DNA of 64,000 nucleotides from Eledone cirrhosa. Taxonomy: Eukaryota. The notes under the pieces are model-generated. The model was not told the DNA's origin and searched no databases. It was given only the letters and a program-made list of their open reading frames with translations. Positions 26,568 through 39,574 of the stretch are shown in pieces (the stretch's first letter is position 1; each line of letters begins with the position of its first letter). The stretch covers positions 86,676,001-86,740,000 of the forward strand of contig OZ024746.1 of NCBI GenBank assembly GCA_964016885.1, in the 5' to 3' direction. The position numbers and the translations under genes are program-made.

Positions 26568-26758
26568 CATTTTATTCCAAACTACAATTATTCAAAAGCA
26601 ACAGATAAATTTATTCAACAATCTCTGTGAGTTATTTATTTGCCGTTCGTTCCCCCCCCCCCCCCGCGCCCCTGCGGAACACAGACAGTTTTCAGCATTA
26701 TACTCTCAAAGGCAATTTTGCTGTAGAAGTAACTTTCACCCTTTCTTTTTCACATAAA

Positions 26759-29700
26759 ATGCCACCTAAAAAGAGTAGTCGCCTCGGTCGCCATACCGCG
26801 TCAGCGGCGGCGCAGAGGGCGATTACAGCAAACGAGTCCGCCGAGGAAACTGCTTTAAGACTCTCACAGAGCGCCTTACGTTCAGCGGAATGCAGAGCTG
26901 CTGAAAGTTTTCAGCAACGCACCGCACGCCTAGCCAAGATGGCTTCATACAATGCCTCGAGTTGTGCTGCGATGTGCGATCAGAACGAGCGATACGTCAT
27001 TCTAAAAAAAAAAGCTTCTACTGCTACTTCCAGGGCTTAGAGGGCCCGGAACAAAGGTCGACTCGCCTGAATAGAAACGCTGCTGCTACTGCTGCTTCCA
27101 GGGCTTCAGAGGGCACGAAACAAAGGGCGGCTTGACTGACTAGAAACGCTGCGGCTACTGCTGCTTCCAGGGCTTTGGAAGGTTTGGAACGGCGGACGAA
27201 TCGCTTTGCTAGGAACGCTGCGGCTATGACTGCTTCCATGGCTTCTGAAGATGCAGACGAGCGCTCCATTAGGATTGCAAGGGTGGCTTCTGCTACTGCT
27301 GTGAGAGCTTCCCACGACCCACAGGAGCAAAATTCTATGTTGGAGCGAAACAGTCGACGACAAGAAGCTGCCCGCGGTGTGACGAGCCCCAACAGCCCAT
27401 ACTGGCACCTACGGGCTTTCAAGTATGAGCCCAACGTTAACTACTCGATGCGTGCCGACATAAATATAGGGGAAATGCGCTTCAATTGCAAATTCTGCAA
27501 TGCTAAAAAGTGGGCTGGGTAGCCACCTGCAATGTGCGGCTTAAACCGTAAGGTCAGCTTTCCCCCTCTTGGGGAACCACCAGAGCCTTTGAAGGAAATA
27601 CTTACTGGTTCTACCTCAAGGTCATCCAAATTCCTTCAGCTCATCAGAAAGTACAATTGTGCGTTTCAAATGACTTCTTTCGGGGCTAACGTTGTCAGAG
27701 AAAATGGTTGGATGCCTACTTTCAAGGTCCAGGGGCAGGTGTACCATCTTATTGGGTCGCTCCAGCCACTACAAAATTGCAAGCCTTCGTTCCTTCAAAT
27801 TTACTTCATTTCTAACTACAGTAGGCAAGTTGATGCGCGGTTCGGCGTTATTCCAACATTTGCAAACTCTGACGCTGACACTTTTGAAAGGGACGTGCTG
27901 CTCAGTCTTCAATACATGCTTCATGAGCGCAACAGTTATATTCGCAGTTTCAAATACGCATTGGAAACAAATCCTTCACCAAACTTCACCATTGTCATCG
28001 ATGCTGACAAAAGACCTTCTGGGGAGCACGCACGCCGTTATAACGCTCCTTCGTGCAATGAAGTGGCCGTAGTTATCCATGGTGAACAGCACAATAAGCG
28101 AGACATAGTTCTTCAAAGTCGTGACAGTGGTCTTCGACGTATTAATGAGACGCATCGTTCATACGACGGCCTGCAGTATCCCCTTCTTTTTGCATACGGA
28201 GAAGACGGGTACCATTTCGGCATTCCTCAGCGCAAACCAAACGAGCCCACTGCTGCGACATCTAAAACTGTTTCATGCATTGCTTTATACTCATCCCGCT
28301 TCATGACGAGGCCTAACAATTTCAGCACCCTGCACAGGTCACGGGAACTGTTTCACCAGTTTGCAGTTGACATGGCTGCGAAGATGGAGCCGGAGAGACT
28401 GCTTCATAAAATTGAATCAGAAGCAGCTGCGCTCAGACTCCTACATCCATTTGCGTGACGGTATCAGGAATGGCACTGACCCCCGGAACATCGGCAAAAT
28501 GTGCATTCTCCCCTCAACCTATACGGGGGGGGGGGGGGGGGGGCGATACATGATACATGCACGAGCGAACCCAGGACGCTATGACGTTCGTTCGGCATTA
28601 TGGGCGCTCCGATTTATTCATCACGTTTACGTGTAACCCCAAGTGTGTCGAGGTTACGCGGGAACTTATCCCAGGACAGCAGTACTGCCATCGGCATGAT
28701 ATTATTGCCAGGGTTTTCAGGCAGAAGCTGGCTAAGCTAATTGATCTAATAAAAAAAAGGGAAGGTTTTCGGGCCTCTAAGGTGCCACATGTATACTGTT
28801 GAGTGGCAGAAGAGAGGGTTGCCACACGCGCACATTTTGGTTTGGTTGCTCACCAAAATAGACCCTACAGTTCTAGATGACATCATCACAGCGGAAATAC
28901 CGGACTTCATTGTTGACCGGCAGCTGTACGACATTGTAAAGGCACACATGGTGCACGGTCCGTGCGGTCCCGGTTTTCAAGAGTTCTCTTCATGCCACAA
29001 GGACCATGTGTGCACTAAACGATACACAAAGAGGTTTGTTGAGGAAACCCAGACCGGTGGCGACGGATACCCACTGTACAGACGAAGGCGGCCTGAGAAC
29101 GGTGGATTCACTATGACGTTACGGGGGGGGGGGGGGGTGTCATCAAATTGATAATAGGTGGGTGGTCCCGTACTGTCCATTTCTGATGAAAACTTTCAAC
29201 GCTCATATAAATGTGGAGTTCTGTCATTCAGTGAAGTCGATAAAGTACATATGTAAATATGTTAACAAGGGTTCCGACGCTGCCATGTTCGGCCCTCAAA
29301 ACGACAATAGCAGGGACGAGGTCTCGGAGTACTTGGCAGGTCGATATATCAGCAGTGGTGAAGCTTTTTGGCGGATATTCGGGTTTCCACTTCACCAAAG
29401 GCACCCCGCCATCATACAACTACCGGTTCATTTGGAAAACGGCCAGCGGGCTTACTTTACTGAACAGACTGCTGCTCATTTGGCGGCCAATCCAAAAGAA
29501 ACAACTTTGACTGTTTTTTTACGCTTTGCCAACTTGACACATTTGCAAAAACACTTTCATATCCTCACGTCCCGTCCTACTACGTGTGGTGAAACAACAC
29601 TTGGGTGCGTAGGAAGTCAGGTCAGGATGTTGAAGGACATCCTGGTGTCAAGTTTGACAGTTGTCTAGGAAGAGTGTACACTGTACCTCCCAACCAGCAT

Positions 29701-31097
29701 GAGTGTTTTCACCTGCACCTTCTCCTCCATGAGGTTTTTGGCCCACAAAGCTTTCGAGACATAAGAACTGTTGACGGTGAATTATGTGATACTTTCCGGG
29801 AAGCCTGCTTCAGGCGTGGCCTTTTGGAGGATGATTCACAATGGGCCGCCACTATGGCAGAGGGCGTTTTGTTCACATCTCCTAAAAGACTAAGATCGCT
29901 TTTCGCTAATCTACTCCTATGGTGAGAGTTGGGTGATCCGGCCTCTTTATGGCTTAGCTACAAAGATTACGTCTGAAGATATCCTGCGTCACGCTCAGTT
30001 GCTAAACCCATCGATGGAGGTCGGGTACAGTGACCTCATTTACAACAGGGCGCTGCTTGAAATCGAAGATACTGTTCTCGATATGGGCGGTAGTGCGTTG
30101 GCTGTGTATGGCCTACCTTCAACAAACCGGGAAGGCGCAAACACTCTGTCTTCGGATTTTCTGCGTGAGACATCTTATAATGTTGACGAGCTTGCCTAGT
30201 ACATAGCGGAGAATGAGTCAAAGCTCCTTCCAGAACAGAAATTCGCTTACAACTCCGTTGTTAATTCTGTCCGGGGCAAAGCTGGGGTGATTTTCTTTCC
30301 TGGACGGGCCTGTGGGGGTCTGGGAAAACTTTTGTCACCAAATTAATATTAACTGAGATTAGGCGAACAGAAGGCATTGCCTTAGCTGTGGCATCATCTG
30401 GAATTTCGGCTACTTTGTTGCCGGGCGGCAGGACAGCTCACTCCTATTTCAAACTCCCGTTTGACTTAGCGAAGACTGAGACACCCACTTGCAACAGCAG
30501 TAAGAGCTCCGATCAGGCAGAAGTATTCAGACGATGCAAGCTTATCGTTTGGGACGAATGCACGATGGCCCACAGAGGTGCTCTTGAGGCGCTCGATAGA
30601 ACTCTGAGAGACATCAAAGACTCTACGGCTCCAATGGGAGGCATAACACTTCTTTCAGGAGACTTCAGGCAAACGCTTCCCGTTATTCCCAAGGGGACTA
30701 GAGCTGATGCAGTACGTGCGTGTCTTAAGGCATCTACATTGTGGCCCCTGGTGATGACTCTGAAACTTCATACTAATATGCGTGCTCATATGCGAGGTGA
30801 TATCGCATCAGCAACATTTTCTCACACCCTCCTTGCACTTGGCGAAGGCAAAACTCCCGGGGATGAAAAGGGTAATATTGCCATCGACTCACTTTGTACC
30901 GTTGTTAGTACGCCTTCTGATCTCAGGAATACAGTGTTCCCAGATCTCCAAGCAAATTATCAGAATATGGATTGGCTTGCCCAAAGGGCTATTCTGGCCC
31001 CGAGGAATAAAACTGTTAACCATATTAATGATCAAATGCTAAAACTCATTCCTGGGGATGGCTACGTATATAAGTCTATCGATAGAACTCCCGACCC
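26759..31097 (+). pseudogene. Helitron RepHel (HUH/Y2 Rep + Pif1 helicase), multiple stops and frameshifts
   Basis: MPPKKSSR start; C..C Zn motif; YNCAFQMTSFG; DLFITFTCNP; VEWQKRGLPHAHIL; KYICKYVNKG; ASSGISATLLPGGRTAHS; IVWDE; GDFRQTLPV; NMR. Confidence 0.95.
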
Positions 31098-31100
31098 CTA

Positions 31101-31650
31101 TCAAATACACCACGCCACTACACCAATAATTACTCTAGTAGCACACCTCCCCCATCTAATCCTTCTAGCACTGACCTACCGCTTAGGTTAAACTACCCTA
31201 CTCTCACTAACCGCAGAAGCAACTGCAACTGCCGTTACCCTAATGCATGCCCATTAAATGGACACTGCCTGACACCCAACATAGTCTATAGGTGCACGGT
31301 TAAAACTGCTTCGAATACCAGCTCTTATATCGGGTCTACCTCTAACCCTTTTAAGGTACGCTATAACGCGCACTCTTTTTCCTTCCGAAACCCTAACAAC
31401 AGATGTTCGACATCTCTAGCTAGGCTCATTAAACACCTAAAATTAACCAATATTGAACACTCACTAACATGGGATATCTTAGCTAGGGCCCAACCGTTCA
31501 ATGGACGAAGAAAATCTTGTGATCTCTGTATTACCGAAGCATATTACATAACTCTATCACGACCTCTACCGATAGAACGGAGGTAACTATTAGCTGTCAA
31601 CATCGAAGGGCTAATTCCTTCGCCAACAGAATATTTGACCCAACATAGTC
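31101..31650 (+). pseudogene. Penelope-like (Naiad-type) linker + GIY-YIG endonuclease, not in the ORF track
   Basis: Frame 31212-31586 reads RRSNCNCRYPNACPLNGHCLTPNIVYRCTV...YIGSTSNPFKVRYNAHSFSF...STSLARLI..LK...WDIL...CDLCITE. After a frameshift: TEVTISCQHR. Confidence 0.9.
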
Positions 31651-32022
31651 ACCTAGCCCCATCTTTGTAACTAATAAGTTAAATAGCTATAACTAACTTA
31701 GATAATTATAAGTTACCTCCCCTACATTGTCTCTCAATTAAAACATTAAAAAATTAGCACTTAACTATAAACTACCCACAATTTCTAATCTCTCGAGGAG
31801 TTACTTCCCCTGAAACCACCCTCTAATTAGTAAGGTAAATATGTCCATTGACGGCCATCTTGTTACCCATAGGCAGATCTCACCCAATGCAGCCTCGACG
31901 GATGAATACTGCTTGATTATGGCAGACAATTGATACACCCAGGACACAATAGTGAAATACCAATATATGGAACATTACATTATGTAACATTCTTTACTTA
32001 TTTTAATTTATATTCCTTTAAA

Positions 32023-32141
32023 GTTCCGATGAGCCGCTCTGTCTTTAAATATGTTAATTATTTTCAACTGAACCAGATCAATAATGATATATAATCATTT
32101 GATCCAGAAATATTATATGGAGTAGCGAAACAATTGTAAAC
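32023..32141 (+). ncRNA. degenerate type I hammerhead in the Penelope 3' region
   Basis: gtt CCGATGA gccgctct...ggagtagc GAAA caattg TA aac (U4C variant, long loop II, palindromic stem III). Confidence 0.55.
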
Positions 32142-32390
32142 GGACATTATTATTACTAATATTATCATTATTATTCTCTACATTCCTTACATCAAACTAA
32201 AATATGTTGACAATCTTTTAATAAAGTCTTCCTTGTGAAATTTGTGGTCTTGTTTTGCTTAACTAATGAATATATATATATATATATTATCTAACCTGAA
32301 CGTTTATTCTTTGCTTTGTTGCTGTGGCTAGGCTTACCTGCCCAGTTTTCAATTTGTCTTGCTATCTAACGTATGTTATTACTCCGTGGA

Positions 32391-32765
32391 GGGCGGTGAA
32401 TTGACAGTATTGGTAGAGGGTCGGACATGCTTTCCAGCATAGTTACGTCCCTTTACGATCTGTGTTCAAATCCCGCCTAGGTTAACTTTGCCTTTCATCC
32501 ATACGGGGGTCGATAAAATAAAGTACCAGTAATGTACTGGGTAATACTGGCCTTGTGCCAAAAGTAGAAACAGTTATTACTCTATGGATTGGCAGTATCG
32601 GTAGAGGGTCGGACGCCATTCTTTGCAGCAAAGAGTTACGGCCCTTTATGGTCTGAGTTCAAATCTCGCAAAGGTTAATTTTGCCTTTCATCCTTACGGG
32701 GTCGATAAAATAAAGTACCAGTAATATAGTGGGTATTTGCTGGCCTTGTGCCAAAAGTAGAAACA
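32391..32765 (+). mobile_element. two tandem tRNA-derived SINE copies
   Basis: 32391-32572 and 32585-32765, with gttattactc before, between and after. Confidence 0.93.
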
Positions 32766-32896
32766 GTTATTACTCTGAGATCCAGCTTCATCGAGTGCTT
32801 GGCTGCATATTCCTAATTGTATATCGTTAGCTTGGCTACAGCCTAAACTTCGATCTTACTAAACTTCCATTTGTATATATATATATATATATATAT

Positions 32897-33169
32897 ATGT
32901 ATGGGAGCCTCCCAAAAGTCAGCTCAAAAGTGACACAGAGGAGACTGAGGTTAGCTGGACATGCTCACCGACATCCAGAGTTGACATTGCACTCAGTGCT
33001 CCTGTGGGAGCCCCTACATGGACACAGTGGAAGAGGAAGACCAATGTTAACGTATGCTGATGCCCTAAGGACAGACACTGGTCTGTTGGAGACGCAGGAC
33101 ATGGCAGCGATAATGAGGGACAGAGAGCGCTGGAGAGAACTCGTCCATGGATCTCTGGAATTTTACCCG

Positions 33170-33172
<3 letters not shown>
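32897..33172 (+). mobile_element. RTE-type LINE 3' fragment in (TA)n
   Basis: YGSLPKVS...RRLRLAGHAHRHPE...LLWEP..G..GRGRP..TY...DRERWR. Confidence 0.85.
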
Positions 33173-33219
<47 letters not shown>

Positions 33220-33259
33220 GATAGTAAACAAATGGAAACTATATTTATAAAACCATATT

Positions 33260-33325
33260 TATTTCATTATACATATTTCAGGGATACCATATTAAAAATA
33301 TGGCATGCCTTCGTCAGATAAAATA
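33260..33325 (-). ncRNA. type I hammerhead ribozyme motif
   Basis: rc: tattttat CTGACGA aggcatgccatatt-ttt-aatatggtatccct GAAA tatgta TA atgaaata. Confidence 0.8.
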
Positions 33326-33712
33326 CAATATATAAACTGTTTTAATAATAATTTTGACGTACCATAAATATAAGCGACCATTAAGGTAGGAAGCTGGCTT
33401 GGTAGTGAGGTGTTTATAATTATTTAGTTATAGTGTTAAGCACAGTTAGAAAGAAAGACGGAGAGAAAGAAGAAATGTATGTAAAGAAAAACAGAGAGAA
33501 ATAGAGAGAAATAGGGGAGAGAGAAAGAAGGAGGAGGTGAAAAAAGAGAGGCAACCGAAGTCAACAGATGAATAATAATAATTCACCATACAAATAGAGA
33601 GATTTAAGAGAGAGGGAGTACGGTAATTAACTACTCCAAAAACTTGTCGAGTGCTTTATATCGGTTATAAAATATTTACTTGTTGTAACCCAACAATTTT
33701 AAATAAAACTTT

Positions 33713-33782
<70 letters not shown>

Positions 33783-36287
33783 CAAGGCTTTTGTCCCTTC
33801 CGTTTCTCCATCTATAAAAAGAAAAATTACTATCCATGACGAACCTCAATATTTTAGAATTTGAAAAGTAAGAATAATCGAATAAAAATATAATATCCAC
33901 AATATAAAGCAATTCAGACACCACCCATCATCCGTTCCAGAGTTGCTCTTGAGTATTATAGAATGTGCCTTATACTATTGAGAAATATGCAGCGCTCTTT
34001 AAAATAGTAGACGAAATTAATGTCAGTTTTATTTTCAGATTGAACTGTGTTGTTTTTTTTTTTTTCAGTTATAAATTACTCTTCGTTCTTAAATAGGACA
34101 CCTCAATAAATTAATCTATGTATAGCGTTTTGGGAATTACTTTACTCAGAGATAACAGTTCTCTTGATTCCGAAGAGCATACGCGCAGGGATTAAGAATA
34201 ACAAGAAACGCTGATAGACTGATATAAAGTACCATCAGTATTCGAACAGAACACATTTATTCTCTATAATGTATCAAGGGAAATTCAACAAACAACGTTA
34301 GTTCCTTATAAAGATAATTTTTCTTTACTTAATCACAAAATAAAGTAACATAAAAACTAGAATGAAGAAGACATTCTTCTATCGACTGAATAAAAAGGTT
34401 TAGAATTTATACTCACAAATCGTTACGACGTAATTCCAACTAGTATACGAGAAAAAACGAGTTTTAGTAAATATGTCTTGTCAAGTTGATTCGTTGACTG
34501 TCTTACGCTGGACAAAGACAATAAAAATAAGCAGGAAAAAAAATTACAGCAGACACAGTAATCACACAGACAAATATCTGAATGGCAAAAATAGATAAAC
34601 ATAAATAAATTAACAAAAAATAAAGAAATAAAATAAAAAGAACAACAAAAAACAAACAAACAAACAAAATATACCTTATTTTTGAATTCGAACAAAACTA
34701 ATGGAAGCAGACAACAAAGAATTTAAAACAAATGGTTACAAGTTTGACAACTGGCATGTTTTACTTCTAAGTGGAAAGTAAACTTTACCTTTGTCTTTAG
34801 AAGAAAATATATGAATCAAATAACTTTAACTCTATTTCGACACTATATTCATAACATTTCGACATCTATTGATTTGTTTGTAGAATTTCCTGTCGATATT
34901 CACTGCAACACTCTATTGTTTATCGTATTCACACCTTCCAAAACTGAAAATAGTTCTGTACAAACACAAATAAATCACTTTCTGTTCAATGAAAGAAACT
35001 CCAAGCTGATACGAAGAAAAGCAAAACAAACAAATATGTAAAAATAGATGTCTATGATGATGATGATAATGTAATGGACAACAAAACAATAATAATACAC
35101 ACACACATTCAACATAATAGCAACAACCTCACATGCACAACAACACATACAACAACATCCACACACACTCAGACAATAACTATTCAAAATAATAGCGACC
35201 ACCTCCCATGCACAACAACACCTACAACTACAACCACTCACACACAACCAGACAATTACTATACACATATATTAAAAGAAACATCACCACATACACACAC
35301 ACAATAGCTGCATACATACACGCAAAAAACAACAGCATCTCACACACACATATAAAAAATAATTACACACATACAGTAAATAAAATCAACTACACACAAT
35401 ATGTACAAGCATATATGCAAAAAAATAACAACAATAACACACACAATAACTCCATGCATATACTGTATATAATATAATGACAGCCATAATCGCACACTCA
35501 ATAACTATGTACATATGTACAAAACAACAACAGCCACACACAACACACACACATCACTACATGAAATATATATACATAACATATCTTTCATAATCACACA
35601 CTCTTATACTCATGAACAGATATAGATATTCACATACACAACACGATGCTTTTACGTGGCCATTTATCCTGTTTGGTATAACTGTCAGATCTCGTTCAAA
35701 TCTCACACTACAGTCTTAAAAAGGAAGGACACTTTGGATATATTTGTCTTGAATATACTACAGGAATACATCTGTGTGGTCATATATAGAATGTCTTATA
35801 GTTCAGCTCAAATGAACGTCGTTCTGGAGTTAAACAATAACAACGACAACAGCAACAACAAACACATACACACATACACGCACACACATACACACACACA
35901 CACGCACACATACGCAACTGCCTTTTACATATACATGCTACAACAACCAAGCAGACACAAAAACCTCAAACATATACATAAAATAGATCCACTACACGCA
36001 CACACACAAATACACACACAAACACAAACAAACATAAAGAGACACACACATACATAAAAATATAAAGCAAGAACAACCAAACATACCTATGTAATAACGC
36101 GAAGTAAATTTTGCCTAATAAGTGGGAAAAGAAATTTTGTAATATCTATTTCTATCATTCGTTAGGGACGAATATAATAGACTTGTTTATTATTTGACAA
36201 ACTGAAGTGAACACAAGCATACATTTAGTTGGTTCAAATTATCTATGTATATATCATATTCTGGTTTTATTATTTTATTATTTTATA

Positions 36288-36548
36288 GGGCGGTGAATTG
36301 GCAGTATCGGTAGAGGGTCGGACACCATGCTTTCACGCATAGAGTTACGGCCGTTGCCGTTCTGAGTTCAAATCCCGCCGAGGTTAACTTTGCCTTTCAT
36401 CCTTACGGAGGTCGATAAAATAAAGTACCAGTAATACACTTGAATAATTGCTGGCCTTGTGCCAATAATAGAAACAACTATTTTATAAATAAAGCACCAG
36501 TAATACACTGGAATAATTGCTGGCCTTGTGACAACAGTAGAAACAATT
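36288..36548 (+). mobile_element. tRNA-derived SINE with duplicated 3' tail
   Basis: full head; taaag.accagtaatacact.gaataattgctggccttgtg...tagaaacaa occurs twice. Confidence 0.92.
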
Positions 36549-36564
36549 ATTTTATAAATTGTCA

Positions 36565-36602
<38 letters not shown>

Positions 36603-36605
<3 letters not shown>

Positions 36606-36794
36606 CGAAAGAAATGTGGTAAGGAACCAGGTGGACCATAACGCACCAAAGTACTCAATACTTAGGGTAGTAGAGTGGGTAATAGGAACAAGTAGGACCC
36701 CGACAGCTGAGCTCAAGCCGTTTCGACGGCTAATTCAGTCCTGAATTAGCCGTCGAAACGGCTTGAGCTCTGCCGTCGGGGTCCTACTCGTTCC

Positions 36795-36797
<3 letters not shown>
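36603..36797. mobile_element. unclassified (TA)n-embedded element with terminal ~58-bp hairpin
   Basis: homologues at 44322-44450, 49052-49180, 62875-63030 and 63167-63361, all next to (TA)n. Confidence 0.8.
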
Positions 36798-36821
<24 letters not shown>

Positions 36822-36833
<12 letters not shown>

Positions 36834-37900
36834 TTGGTTTCTAACATAGAAACCAAACTTCTTCATTGGAATTTAGACATCAACTAGCTATGCATGTCCG
36901 TGTGTGTGCAGGACTGCGTGTCATTGCACGTATGGATCTGTATGTTTTGTGCTATTTGTCTACACTTGTATATGTTATTGTATATGTTTCTATAAGTTTC
37001 TGTAAATATACATGTGTATATGCAATTATTACAGGCTGAATTTCTGAAGAGCATTACATATTTTTACAGTTCAATTAATGGACTGTACTTACAACTTCCT
37101 AACTAGCCATTCCCTTTTAGGTTCTGTGAAGCCCAGTTTCCCAAGATTTTCCCTGAGGCAGCTAGTAATATATCCCAGAGCCGCAATTATCGCAGGTAAA
37201 ATCTAAAAGTAGTAAGTCAGAGTGGAGTATCTGTAGATTATTACTCATCAGTTCTGCATAGATATTCTCCTTTTCGCTAATCTTTAATATTATATTGGCA
37301 TCTGCTAGGCTGCTCATTTCCACTACTGTGCATGCCTTCTTTTCCCTGTCCCATATCATTATATCTGGTCTGTTATGCCTGTATTTTATTGGGCGTTTTA
37401 ACTGGAACATTCCACCAGTACTCTTTCATATTATATATGTGTATATCTTCCACATTGCTGTACCTTTTAATGAGCTTATGTTGGGGCTATCTTTTCTACG
37501 GATTGCAGATTTCTCATTAATTCAGCATAAATGCTCTCCTTTTCGCTAATCGTTAGCATTATATTCACCTCTACTGTGCAGCTTATTTCCACTATCATGC
37601 ATGCTTTCTTATCACTGTAGCATTTATATGTTTATTAACAGACCTATTTCTTTTACAGTCTGCATTATATAATGATTTGGCCACTAAATCATGCCTCATG
37701 AATAGATAGTATAATGATGACATATTTGGACAGTTACTTATGACTTGGTTGACATCGTCAATGTTTATTACGAATAGTTTGCATATGTTGTCACATCTAG
37801 GTGATTTACCTGCATTCCTACCTCTATTGGGCATTAGTTATTTTGCTGTTAATTCTTGTTCTTAGATTGCAAAAGCATAGTGAGAACCAATATACTGATT
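36822..37900 (-). mobile_element. R4/Dong-like LINE 3' part, decayed
   Basis: C..C...NQVISNCP...RHDLVAK; KYRHNRPDIMIWD...SEKENIY; same 3' end as 15994-16060. Confidence 0.85.
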
Positions 37901-37952
37901 TTTGGTCCAAAATAGACTGCCTGGCTTATGTATGTATGTATGTATGTATAAT

Positions 37953-38990
37953 GTCAGGTCACTCTCGGATGCTACTGGTAACATGTAACCCAGTAAATCC
38001 TGTCTCATGGTCGGGTCGTCGGCGACTAAACCGGCTACCCCACCAAGCTGGTTTGGTGAGGAGGGTGATATCTGGACACCCTGCGGGATGAAATACAGGA
38101 CACGGCAGATGGCGGAGGAACTAAGCAGAGTCAACGGCCATCCAAATAGTACTTTTTTGTTTCACCTGGGAGTGAAAGGCCCCCAGTTATTGTCACAACA
38201 TCTTTTTAGGAGAGGGGCACTCTGAAAATAATAACCTGCGGGTTTCAAAGCATCCGATGATGTTGACCAGTTCTCCTTCTTGGTTAGTGTTTTCGATGCT
38301 GAGAGAGTGGGATTGGTCGAGTGCAAGGCCTTTCCCCACTTAAAAAACCTTCAAAGCATAGGCATTGCTTGTCCAGGATATATTACTGGTTCATGTAGCT
38401 GACCGTAGCCTAAAAGTGGACCAAACTCTATAATCTGACAAGCGATTGCATTACTCTTAGCAGAGTTTGCAGCCATCATGTATGTATGTATTTGGTAAAT
38501 ATCATCTTGGTTAAGAGATTGGGACTGGCTTTGTGCAATGCCTTTGCTCACTATAAAAGCTTCACGGCACAGGCATTGCTTTATATCTGGAGATCTCTCT
38601 GCACTTATCGTCACATGGTACCATGGGCCCAGCACTATGTGTCAATAATTGTCACAAGTGTAGTGTTTGTTCCAGAGTTTTCAAGTTGCTGGCTGGACTA
38701 AAAAGTCACACTCGTTCAGCGCATCGGTAGTTCTCCTACATGGATATAAAGTAGTGGCCGTACTCGAAAACGAGTTGGCAGCCACCATGCATGTATATAT
38801 TTATGTATGTATGAAATAATCGGGCTGGATACCTGATCGCGCTGTTAAACCACAATCAGTGGAGAACTCCTAGCCTTTATCAGGGCATTCTTCTAGGAGA
38901 AGGCAACTCAGGAAACCGAGATAACTCCGACATAAAGCCTGCGGCTTAGTAGTTACCGATGATGTTGATCTTTTCTTCTTTTCGGGTTAT
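37953..38990 (+). mobile_element. cluster of three non-coding RTE-tailed element pieces separated by (ATGT)n
   Basis: 37953-38478; 38490-38790 (near-identical to 17197-17495); 38825-38992 (homologous to 25425-25590). Confidence 0.8.
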
Positions 38991-38999
38991 AGTGCTGTT

Positions 39000-39203
39000 T
39001 GGTTTGATGTTAAACATCTGCCTCCCTCTTTACATTTTAGGGAGATACGGTCTATGTCAATGTTGATGTAGAAATGTTCTGTGACGGTTAGATCTTTTCG
39101 GCTTTTAACAACAATGGCTCACATCTCATCTAGCGTCGAGTCAAGTAGTCCAAATGTTAGTGTTAGAACAGGCATAGCAATTATATTGTGGCCTACTGAC
39201 ATA
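39000..39203 (-). pseudogene. R4/Dong-like post-RT fragment
   Basis: minus translation HNIIAMPVLTLTFGLLD...KSRK.LT....DIDRI.L..KEGGR.L. Confidence 0.7.
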
Positions 39204-39574
39204 TTGTGCACATAGAGTTCCGAAGACCATCATTTTATTACTTGTTTAAGTATGTATGCACGGACCTACGTATATACGTATGTATGCATATAGAGGCTAA
39301 CGGTATCAGCACGAGCAAAACGATGAAAAGTTGTCAAGTTCTTTCGTTCGTTTGTTTTGAGAGGGCAGAATCCCAGTTACATGTTAACTGATGTGTCAGT
39401 AGACAGAGTGGAAAAGGTCTTACTTCGAAAGATAGAAAGAATGATGCGCTGAAAGTAACAATACGACCCGCTAGTGTCATACTTGTGGTTCGCTAACTCA
39501 ATCCCGATAGCAGAAAGTAAGGATATATTTTGTGGGCCCTAGACATATCGAAGTTTCATTATTATCAGTTTAAT

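Larger units (their letters stand above)
26003..31097 (+). mobile_element. Helitron (5' end and RepHel), 3'-truncated
   Basis: Candidate A|TC 5' end (tcatatcataatctataaaaggcag), 5' tandem repeats, RepHel coding region; breaks off at a Penelope-like sequence. Confidence 0.9.

Noticed and set aside
30388-31586. Helicase-GIY-YIG fusion protein
   Set aside because: The two domains are in different frames and the helicase is truncated; insertion or deletion is simpler.
36736-36775. Hammerhead within the hairpin family (ctgaatt...gaaacggc)
   Set aside because: No CTGANGA core in any of the five copies, although GAAA-cggccg in two copies is suggestive.
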